Assembly: GCF_000022265.1 (NCBI RefSeq)
Contig: NC_011979.1
Span: 2,820,001 to 2,852,000 of the forward strand
Direction of reading: 5' to 3'
Source: Geotalea daltonii FRC-32
Lineage (GTDB): Bacteria > Desulfobacterota > Desulfuromonadia > Geobacterales > Geobacteraceae
DNA length: 32,000 bases
Part shown: positions 17,413-25,143 of the stretch, in pieces
How the letters are laid out: each line of letters opens with the position of its first letter
Position numbering within the stretch: position 1 is the stretch's first letter
Notes under the pieces: model-generated
Seen by the model: the letters and a program-made list of their open reading frames with translations, nothing else
What the model was told of the DNA's origin: nothing
Databases searched by the model: none
Translations under genes and position numbers: made by a program

Positions 17413-17627
17413 CGGCTGTGGCTTTTGGGCAATAGCTGCGTTGGTCTTCGGCCCTCCTTGCTCTTGCCGCAAAATCCGCAGCCGGTTGGTTTTAAAACCT
17501 GAAAAAGCGGTTAACCTATGGGGCGAAGAGTTTCGGGTTCTGGCAAGGCTTTGCGAGGAGTCCCGGCGGAGGCGTAGCAGCGCTACGTCGCACAATGGGC
17601 TCCGAAGCAAAACGCCGCCAGGTTCCG
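17403..17627. repeat. two long imperfect palindromes in the ferredoxin / NifX-like spacer
   Basis: Hairpin ~17403-17475 has arms CGGCTGTGGCTTTTGGGCAA / TTGCCGCAAAATCCGCAGCCG. Element ~17536-17627 is the reverse-orientation relative of 9628-9745 (CGGAGGCGTAGCAGCGCTACG[T/C]CGCACAA). Confidence 0.7.
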
Positions 17628-17655
17628 GAAATCTTCGTTCCTCAGAGGAGGACTT

Positions 17656-17985
17656 ATGCTGATCGCCGTAGCTTCGAAAGACGGAAAAGAAATCGACCAG
17701 CACTTCGGCCATGCCGAGCGTTTCCTGATTTATGACGTTGCAGGCAACGAGGCGAAGCTGGTGGATGAAAAGAAGGTGGAGCGCTACTGCTCAATGGATC
17801 AAGATCACCCCATGCGTGCTCATCTCCTTTCAGCCATTGCCGAAGCACTAGTGGACTGCCGGGCGATGGTCTGCGCCCAGATCGGCCAGGCGCCGCAAAT
17901 GGAGATGGAGCGCCTGGGGCTGGACGTCTTTGTGACCGAAGGGCCGATCAAGCCGACGCTGGTGGAATTGGGGAAAATGCTTTGA
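17656..17985 (+). CDS. NifX/NifB-family FeMo-cofactor-binding protein (stand-alone)
   Basis: MLIAVASKDGKEIDQHFGHAERFLIYDV matches the dinitrogenase iron-molybdenum cofactor family signature. SD GAGGAGGA. Confidence 0.8.
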   Translation: MLIAVASKDGKEIDQHFGHAERFLIYDVAGNEAKLVDEKKVERYCSMDQDHPMRAHLLSAIAEALVDCRAMVCAQIGQAPQMEMERLGLDVFVTEGPIKPTLVELGKML

Positions 17986-18075
17986 AGGGTGTGGAATCAA
18001 GGGTGATTGGTTATTGGTGATTGCTAACTCCTAACCTAGAACCTCGAACCTCGAACCTCGAAAGTTGGTTTGGCT

Positions 18076-18873
18076 ATGGAAAATACTTCTTTTAATCACT
18101 GCAATCTCCCTCCCTGGGTCATTGCCTCCCGCCATTTCAACGATAACCCGCAGCCGCTGGAAATTCAGGGGGTCAGGCAGGCCAACCGCTTTCTTTTCGA
18201 GAAGCTGGAGGCTCTCCCTTCTCCCGAGGAACGGGCGCTGGTCTTCAACGACTACATGTCGGTGAAGTTCCAGCTCCACCAGTGGCAGAGCCAGTCCACG
18301 GACACTGCCAGGAAAAGCATCAAGAACAGCTACCTCCGCTTTTTGCGGGGCTGGATGATGGACTCCAATTCCGTGGAAGGAGCGGTGCTCAAGGGCTGGG
18401 TGGAGAGCCGCATGGGACTTCCCCCCACCTTCCACAAGATACGCATTCCCGGTATCCATGGGGAAGAGTACATGATCTTCGCCATGGACAGGACCAGGGG
18501 AAGTGCCCGCACCAATGCCATCAATTCCCAGCTTGATCTTCTCTACGAGTACGGCCAGTACGAACTGGCAAGGCGCTACCCGGAAAAGCGCCTGCTCACA
18601 CTCTACCGGGGCACCTTCGATGCCGGCGAACATGACGTGCTGGAAAATATGGGCAAACGGCAGCAGCTGGTGCGCCTCAACAATCTTTCATCGTTCACTT
18701 CGGAGGAAGAGCGGGCCTGGGAGTTCGGTTTCACGGTCTGGGAGGTGCAGGTGCCGCTCTCCAAGGTGTTTTTCTACAATGACCTGCTTCCAAACAGCAT
18801 AATGAAAGGAGAGGGGGAATACATGGTGATCGGCGGGGAGTATCAGGTGCGGGTGGTGCCGTGTACGGTGTGA
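18076..18873 (+). CDS. draT: NAD+--dinitrogen-reductase ADP-ribosyltransferase DraT
   Basis: The N-terminus NLPPWVIASRHFNDNPQPLEIQGVR and the overall ~265 aa layout resemble DraT as I remember it. nif context and a convergent draG support the call. The first ATG is at 18076; the track start at 18070 is TTG. Confidence 0.75.
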   Translation: MENTSFNHCNLPPWVIASRHFNDNPQPLEIQGVRQANRFLFEKLEALPSPEERALVFNDYMSVKFQLHQWQSQSTDTARKSIKNSYLRFLRGWMMDSNSVEGAVLKGWVESRMGLPPTFHKIRIPGIHGEEYMIFAMDRTRGSARTNAINSQLDLLYEYGQYELARRYPEKRLLTLYRGTFDAGEHDVLENMGKRQQLVRLNNLSSFTSEEERAWEFGFTVWEVQVPLSKVFFYNDLLPNSIMKGEGEYMVIGGEYQVRVVPCTV

Positions 18874-19039
18874 GGCCAATGCCGAATTTGAAGCGGTCCA
18901 AGGTTATTTTGGCAGCGATGGGTGTGCTAGGACTCCATCTGCAACCGTTTTGATTTTAATCGATTTCATATTTATCTTTCACGTCGTGGGGGCGCACCGG
19001 CGGAGCGAAGCGGAGACCGTGTGCCGCCATCTTGTCGAG

Positions 19040-19591
19040 CTATTTTATCTTTTGAATGTCAACATATACAAAAGCACTCTTAGGAAGGCTTCTTCCAAAA
19101 TCCAGCCGTACTTTCTGACGGGATACTGTCCACACATAATTCTTAAAATGCTTATAGTGATGAAACCGTAAAGTACCATAGTACAGTTCCGTGTCACCAA
19201 TCGAATAGCTACCCCCGTACCGGCTCTTCAAAAACCTGATTAGCGGCATTACAACCCTATCTTCAGCATTTCGCCCGAATATGGTGCACTTATAGAGTTT
19301 GTCTTCTGGGTCAACATAGAAGCGTATATCGTATTTCTGCCCGCCAATGTTCACATCATCGATAGTGACAGTTTCGTCTTGTATCGGACGATATGCGTCA
19401 TTTGTTTCTTTGCCTTTATGTAACTTTCGATTTGGGAATGTTTTTTTAACGGCTTTCAGAGTGTCCTTATAACTCAGATCGTAAGGAATTTGTCTGAATA
19501 GAAGCTCTTTGCACAGAGCATGCTTAGGGAGCGATAACAACAACAAGACTAAGAATCCTAATTTCTTCACTTGAGTCCTACCTATTGGCAT
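19040..19591 (-). CDS. hypothetical secreted protein (island gene 3)
   Basis: AT-rich ORF with a hydrophobic N-terminal signal (KKLGFLVLLLLSLPKHALC). The start is either ATG 19591 or GTG 19570 (preceded by AGGA). I recognise no family. Confidence 0.5.
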   Translation of the reverse strand: MPIGRTQVKKLGFLVLLLLSLPKHALCKELLFRQIPYDLSYKDTLKAVKKTFPNRKLHKGKETNDAYRPIQDETVTIDDVNIGGQKYDIRFYVDPEDKLYKCTIFGRNAEDRVVMPLIRFLKSRYGGSYSIGDTELYYGTLRFHHYKHFKNYVWTVSRQKVRLDFGRSLPKSAFVYVDIQKIK

Positions 19592-19648
19592 TCCTGTTAT
19601 TTGCTCAACGGGCCGGGAGATCACCTGACTGGCGTTCGGCCAGGTGGA

Positions 19649-19714
19649 GGGAAGAATATGTGTCAGAGGGAAGAATATGTGTCAGGTCTAAGGGAAGAAT
19701 ATGTGTCAGGTCTA
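19649..19714. repeat. three direct copies of GGGAAGAATATGTGTCAG (copies 2 and 3 extended to a 24-bp unit with GTCTA)
   Basis: Exact 18-mers at 19649-19666, 19668-19685 and 19692-19709, in the spacer between the KAP gene and island gene 3. Confidence 0.95.
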
Positions 19715-19751
19715 CACCTTGACACTAATTTAATCCTTTTCTGTCAAGGTG
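19715..19751. repeat. perfect 10-bp inverted repeat CACCTTGACA-N17-TGTCAAGGTG
   Basis: Arms at 19715-19724 and 19742-19751, immediately next to the triple direct repeat. Each arm contains TTGACA. Confidence 0.9.
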
Positions 19752-19820
19752 AGCCGATATGCCGATGCCCCGGCATCCTGCCGCTTGGATTAGAGCTCCG
19801 TCCCGCTCCTGGGTTATGTG

Positions 19821-21961
19821 TCACCAATCTTCACGTTCAGATGCATCTACCGTGTAATACTCCTTGCCTGTTCTAATGCTTTGATAAATGGCTCGTAATG
19901 CCATGTCGCCCACTCCGGCCTCAATCCGCTCTTCGGCTCGTAAACGCAGCTTATCAATGTCGCCGATTGAGGCAAGCCACCTCTCTTCAATGCGGATAAA
20001 TCCGCCTTTGGTACTGTCTTGGCCATAGCCCCTGAAAACCTGAACAAAAGAATCTAGATCGGCATCATCTATTAATAGCGGTCCAACGAGTGCTGGCAAT
20101 TCTTCATGTGCTAGATTTAGCATCATGAAAAAGATGTGAGATTTATCACTAGCAGTTAGGAAGGATTTGGTTCTAAAGGCTTCAGAGGTTATAGTAATCC
20201 ATCTTTCGCTTAATTCTCTAAGCTCGTCTGAAGCAACCCATCTCTCAGTTTCAGGCAATTCCTTTTCCTTGGAAATAATTCCATGTTGTCGTATAACTTC
20301 ACTAATAATATGTGATGTAAGCGATATTATCTGTTCCTCATCTACTAACTTGAAAATCATATTTTTACGTTCTTCTGCGCTTAGTTCTGAAAGAACCTTC
20401 TTTGCAACCCACCAGCACTGTCTAATTGGTCCAGCTGCAAGCATTTGTCTGGGCTTACTTTCTATCTCTTTTGTCACATCCAATTCGATTATTCTTCCTA
20501 TTGTTACAAGAAAGTTTAATGGATCTACAGGATTCAGTTGTTCGTTGCCTTGTCGCATCAACTCAATAAAACGTTCGATAGTATCGGTTCTTTCATAGAA
20601 CTTAAGAATTTCATCTCGTTCATTTGGCAATTGAATAAACCTATTCACATCCTTTGTTGAGACCTCCTCAGATGGCAATCCATAGGTTATTGCAATCAGT
20701 AAACGGTCATTGGAAGCGATTCTTCCCTCTTTCGAATACTGCGATTGACTTAAATGTCCAAATTGTGACCCTTCGATAAGAGGGAAAAGGGTTTTCAATA
20801 GCTCGTTTATGTAGCCCCTTTCAGATGGATCTATTTTCTCGATCTCCTTCCTTCTATCCTCTTCAAATTTTTTTATATACTCCTCAGGCTTTTCAAGGGT
20901 GTAATCGACCTCAGGGGGTATTCCTGTATAGGCACCTGGATTAGATACAATGTGTTCATAGATTGAAGGAGCTTTTATAGCTAGAGCCTCAAGCCCAAAC
21001 AAGTCAGAAAACGCTACCTCACCTCTTATAGCTTTCTCTAAAAAATAAAGCCTATTGAAAATTCTTTTAATTTCTCTTGGTGATTGAATTATTGGCTTTA
21101 CACAAAGATGATAGACTTCAGTAAGTCGATCTTGATCAGTACTGAAATGTTCTGTGAGATTGACATCAGCAAGATTTGCTAATTCCTCTGTGGCTAACTT
21201 ATGAAGGTCGACCTTGCTAATCTTAGGTAAGTTGAGGCGGACCTGAATGATTTTGTCTAAATATTTGTCTGCATCTTTTATGTTGTGTGAAATCAATGCT
21301 TCTTCGACGTACTTTCTCTCAAAAGCAAGCATGAACAGAGTTCGAGGAAACTCTGAAACTGCCTTTACAGCTCGAATCATTTGAAATACTTCATCGGGCG
21401 GCAATCGGTCTAAATCATCGATGAACACAATGATTGGTCGTTTCAATTCCTTTAAAGCACCGATTACCGACTCTTTACGTTTTTCGATGCTCAGTTCTTT
21501 TAGCTTTCCTATTTTGCTAGCAGCAGTTCCAAAACCTTTTCAACTAAAGACGCCCATGGCTCGGCACCGGGTACCCATTTTAGAACCGTAAAAATCTGAG
21601 AATATGCAAGTAATTGTTTAGCAGCATCTTGTGTTTCTTTTGCTCTGTCAGATGTGCCTATAGCTGATGCAAATTGTACTAAGAACTCTTGTACTAGATT
21701 GCTGGCGTTACCAACAAGCCATGGATTAAAGTCAAAAATTATCGGATTATTCGATGAGTCTGCCCTAAGTTCTTTTTTTATAAGATTTATCGTCGATGAT
21801 TTTCCATATCCCCATTTGCCCTCGATCGATATGACTACGCCTGCCGATTCCTGTGACAAAACGAGTGAATTCGCTATGCGAGTTGAGTATTCGGATCTGT
21901 TCAGCCGATCTGGTGTTTCATGATCTCCATTAATCGGCAAGTCTGAATGAAAGGACTTCAT
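19821..21961 (-). pseudogene. KAP-family P-loop NTPase split by a single frameshift (N-fragment 21509-21961, C-fragment 19821-21539)
   Basis: Walker A GKWGYGKSS lies in the 150-aa ORF and Walker B PIIVFIDDLDRL in the 541-aa ORF. The downstream frame stays open up to 21539 (KGFGTAASKIGKLKELSIEKRKESVIGALKELKRPIIVF), so the two frames overlap at 21512-21539, where A4/T4 runs occur. Confidence 0.75.
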
Positions 21962-22087
21962 TGATTCTACCTCGCTTCCTCATATAAGGTGGGAGAACTG
22001 ACCTGCCGCCTTTGCTTCTAGGCCGGTCCAGCGCTTTGTTGTACATCGTTCACGAGTTCTTGATAAGGTGAAAAACGACGAGTTGAC

Positions 22088-22486
22088 TCAATTCTTTTTT
22101 ATCTTTGCGGAGCCGTGACCTATATGATCTTTGAGAGATTCTTCACAGTGATGAACCAATTCACCATTCTCTGGATTAACTACGACTTCTCTATATTTGT
22201 CATTATCTTTGTCTATATTTCTTTCCTTTTTCATCCACTTACTGTCAGATGCTCTGATCTCATCTCCTACAAAGAATTCACGTCGTGGATTTTTCTTAGA
22301 AGGGAAGTTTTTATCTTTGACTTTTCCCTTTAACGCCTCGTGGAGTTCTAATTTTTCGCAGATAACAAGCTTGACTGTACGAGCGATAGAACCGCATGAG
22401 GCGCAAGGATCTGGCAGAGAATCTATTGGCCCTTCTCCTTTGTTTATAAGCATGCCACAATTAGAGCAAACTACTTCTCTTGACAT
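22088..22486 (-). CDS. hypothetical zinc-ribbon protein (island gene 1)
   Basis: ATG 22486 with SD GGAGGT 8 nt upstream. The N-terminus is CSNCG...x18...CASCG (CxxC-CxxC), followed by a Lys/Asp-rich tail. AT-rich; I recognise no family. Confidence 0.55.
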   Translation of the reverse strand: MSREVVCSNCGMLINKGEGPIDSLPDPCASCGSIARTVKLVICEKLELHEALKGKVKDKNFPSKKNPRREFFVGDEIRASDSKWMKKERNIDKDNDKYREVVVNPENGELVHHCEESLKDHIGHGSAKIKKN

Positions 22487-22808
22487 TACACTCGACCTCC
22501 ATCTTTTAATTTTTGTGTACAACAAATTATTGACAGTTAGAGATGAAGCATCTACAGCTTTTCCTCAAACCCACCTTACAGATGCCGGGCGCCTGCAGCA
22601 GCACCACCATCACTACACCAAATATTTGCCCAACTCAATGGGAAAAATTAAAAAACGAGGCACAGTAATCCCCAAAACGCAAAAGGCCCAGGAGCATGCT
22701 CCCAGGCTTTTCCTAAATCATCAGGCGCGACTCAATCTTGCGCCGTAATATTGGGGGCCGGTCTCCGCGTTCAGCTGCCATCCAGCGTATGCCGGATGGA
22801 AACTAGAC

Positions 22809-23708
22809 TTACGGTAAATTGACAGCCGATGATAGCCGCACCAGGCGCCCGGCAAGCATCGTCGCTTCCTCCATGACCTTCCTGTCCAGCTTCCTCAGCC
22901 ACCGCCGCGGGATGTTCTCCATACCGTAATAGGCGCCGGCCAGCATGCCCATGATGGCGCCGGTGGTATCCGCATCTCCCCCCTGGTTAACCGTGCTCAC
23001 CAGGCATTCTTCGAAATTACTCCCCCGGAAAAAGTGGTGAAAGACGGTCTGCATCGTATCGACCACGTAGCCGGTGGCGAGGCCTTTGTATGGATCGAAG
23101 CGAAAAGCGGGGTGGGCCGCGATCAGTGCATCCACCTCTTTGCGCAGGCGGGACTTGGAGTACCCGCAGACGGCGTGGGAAACCATTCTGCCCAGGCAGA
23201 TGCAGGCCGAGTCGGAGAGAGGATGGTTGTGGGTGAGATGGGCCTGGGCCACCACCTGTCTTTCCAGTTCCCCATCATTTCCCAAATTTGCCAGAACCAC
23301 CGGCAGGATGCGCATCACGGCGCCGTTACCGGCATCCCACTGGTTGAAGGGGGTTTCCAGAGTCCCTTTCAGCATGTAGTTCCTGATTCCCTTGCGGCAG
23401 GTGTCCCCCACATCTATGGGCCTGGATTTCAGCCAGGCGGCGAAGTTGTCGGCGACGGCCCTTAGAGACATGCCACCTTCCGCAACCATGGCCCTGGCAA
23501 TGCAGAGGGTCATCTCCGTATCGTCGGTAACCTGTCCGGCCTTGAGGCGCAGCCATCCGCCACCGACCAGGTCTTTGAGAAGCCCATATTTGGCTTTGAT
23601 CTCTCCGGTGGTCATGAATTCTACCGGCGCGCCCAGGGCATCTCCAATGGCAAGTCCCATAAAAGCAGCCTGGCTTCGGGAAAGGATTTCCCGCAGCTGG
23701 GCATTCAT
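22809..23708 (-). CDS. draG: ADP-ribosyl-[dinitrogen reductase] glycohydrolase DraG
   Basis: ADP-ribosylglycohydrolase family signature (AFMGLAIGDALGAPVEF, GGDADTTGAIMGMLAGAYYG). Length ~299 aa from ATG 23708. nif/draT context. Confidence 0.8.
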   Translation of the reverse strand: MNAQLREILSRSQAAFMGLAIGDALGAPVEFMTTGEIKAKYGLLKDLVGGGWLRLKAGQVTDDTEMTLCIARAMVAEGGMSLRAVADNFAAWLKSRPIDVGDTCRKGIRNYMLKGTLETPFNQWDAGNGAVMRILPVVLANLGNDGELERQVVAQAHLTHNHPLSDSACICLGRMVSHAVCGYSKSRLRKEVDALIAAHPAFRFDPYKGLATGYVVDTMQTVFHHFFRGSNFEECLVSTVNQGGDADTTGAIMGMLAGAYYGMENIPRRWLRKLDRKVMEEATMLAGRLVRLSSAVNLP

Positions 23709-23947
23709 GAACAGCTGCAACCGGTGCAGGAGCCGGTGCAGATTTTCAATTGTCTCTCCTCCGGGGCAGCAGCCTGCCAACGGGCCACCGATTCACTGGT
23801 GACGAGCCATTCCCCTTCGCTCAGTCTTCCTGTCAGGGATTTATTCCTCATCAACATCAACACCTGCACGTTGGTCGTACCCAATCTGTCTGCCGCTTCT
23901 TCGGCAGTGATGAAGGAAGTTTCGTCGATTATCTTTGCCATGATCAT
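23705..23947 (-). CDS. small helix-turn-helix (excisionase/MerR-like) protein translationally coupled to draG
   Basis: SD GGGAGGA precedes ATG 23947/23941. ITAEEAADRLGTTNVQVLMLMRNKSL resembles the excisionase-type HTH. Its stop overlaps the draG start (ATGA at 23705-23708). The long N-terminal extension in the track ORF is rejected. Confidence 0.45.
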   Translation of the reverse strand: MIMAKIIDETSFITAEEAADRLGTTNVQVLMLMRNKSLTGRLSEGEWLVTSESVARWQAAAPEERQLKICTGSCTGCSCS

Positions 23948-24143
23948 TTTCCTCCCAGGATGTCCATTACATATAGCATGCCGAGTTGTCGTCGCCCATT
24001 TTGTACGGCAGGGCAATGGGCTATCGGCCTGATTGCTTAAATCATGGACATTTCTGCCATCATATCCGGCATTATCGGGTCGAGTTGCCGCCATTTCTGC
24101 CCAACATTTTTGCATAAGGCGGGAAAACGGCCACCTGCCGGGC

Positions 24144-24159
24144 TGGCATGATACTGGCA
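24144..24159 (+). promoter_or_regulatory. sigma54 -24/-12 promoter of nifB
   Basis: TGGCAT-gatac-TGGCA with GG-N10-GC spacing, ~125 nt upstream of ATG 24283. Confidence 0.55.
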
Positions 24160-24184
24160 ATGTAATGAGAAACTGAATAATAAG

Positions 24185-24250
24185 GGAATACAGCGACGTA
24201 TTTCCGATAGCGCAATGAAGCCCGGTGGATATATTCTGCCGGGCTTTTTT
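24185..24250 (+). promoter_or_regulatory. nifB leader: two hexaloop hairpins plus intrinsic terminator
   Basis: P1 is GGAATAC-AGCGAC-GTATTCC-like (24185-24205, loop A1/G4). P2 is GC-AATGAA-GC (24212-24221) and overlaps the terminator arm. Terminator: AGCCCGG (24219-24225) / CCGGGCT (24239-24245), then a T run to 24250. Confidence 0.6.
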
Positions 24251-24282
24251 CGTCCAAATCAAATATCGGAAGGAGAATTTCT

Positions 24283-25143
24283 ATGGCAAATTCATGCTCT
24301 GGAAACAACAAGATGCAGGGGCATCCCTGTTTTGGCGGCAACCATCACCAGAATGGCCGCATGCACCTGGCGGTAGCTCCCCGCTGCAATATCAAATGCG
24401 GCTACTGTTCACGCCGTCACGACTGCGCCAATGAGTCCAGGCCCGGCGTGACCAGCAGGCTCCTCACTCCTGAAGAGGCCATGGTAAAGGTGCGTGAGGT
24501 GATGGCCAGCAAGGTTCTTGGCTCCATGATAAAGGTGGTCGGTATTGCCGGCCCTGGCGATCCCCTTGCAAATGAAGAAACTTTCGAAACTTTTCGTCAG
24601 GTGGGGGAGGAATTCCCGCATCTGATCAAGTGCATGAGTACCAATGGACTCTTGCTGCCTGAAAAGATCGACCTGCTCCAGGAACTGGGGCTGCACAGCC
24701 TGACCGTTACCATAAATGCCATCGACCCAGCCGTTGGCGCAAAAATCTATTCCCACATCCTTTACCATGGCCGAAAACTGAACGGTCCCCAGGCGGTGGA
24801 AATGCTCATTGCCAATCAGCTTGCGGGGTTGAAGAAAGCAGCAGAGTTCGGTATGACCATCAAGGTAAATACGGTGCTCATTCCCGGAGTCAACGAAGGG
24901 CAGGTGCCACTGATTGCAGAAAAGGTCAAGGCTCTGGGGGCATTTGTCATGAACGTGCTGCCCCTCATCCCCCAGGCAGACTTTGCCGCCCATTTGCCGC
25001 CAACTGAGGCACAACTGGAGGAGGTGCGACGCGCAAACGAGCGGATCATCGGCCAATTCAGGCATTGCCGCCAGTGTCGAGCCGATGCTGTAGGGCTGCT
25101 CGACACTGATTTCAAAGCTGCAGAGGTCGGCTGTGCGGCCTGA
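24283..25143 (+). CDS. nifB: radical-SAM FeMo-cofactor biosynthesis protein NifB, short form without C-terminal NifX-like domain
   Basis: HPCFGGNHHQNGRMHLAVAPRCNIKCGYCSRRHDCANESRPGV contains the CxxxCxxC radical-SAM motif and the NifB N-terminal signature. Length 286 aa; SD GGAAGGAGA. Confidence 0.9.
   Translation: MANSCSGNNKMQGHPCFGGNHHQNGRMHLAVAPRCNIKCGYCSRRHDCANESRPGVTSRLLTPEEAMVKVREVMASKVLGSMIKVVGIAGPGDPLANEETFETFRQVGEEFPHLIKCMSTNGLLLPEKIDLLQELGLHSLTVTINAIDPAVGAKIYSHILYHGRKLNGPQAVEMLIANQLAGLKKAAEFGMTIKVNTVLIPGVNEGQVPLIAEKVKALGAFVMNVLPLIPQADFAAHLPPTEAQLEEVRRANERIIGQFRHCRQCRADAVGLLDTDFKAAEVGCAA

Noticed and set aside
17541-17556. TGGCAA-GGCTT-TGCG, a sigma54-like motif upstream of the NifX-like gene.
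   Set aside because: The GG-to-GC spacing is one base short (N9). The motif is part of the palindromic repeat family (the same CTGGCAAGGCT occurs in the inverted copy after nifK), so it is probably fortuitous.
18936-18951. Possible island-border direct repeat: CATCTGCAACCGTTTT (18936-18951) versus CATCTACAGCTTTT (22549-22562).
   Set aside because: It is only a ~12 of 16 match with a gap. That is too weak to call an att-type duplication without a computed search.
23948-24262. Long N-terminal part of the 185-aa - strand ORF upstream of draG, and the 89-aa ORF at 24072-24341.
   Set aside because: Both cover the nifB promoter and leader on the opposite strand and have no SD. Only the distal ~80 codons, with an SD and an HTH-like sequence, are retained.
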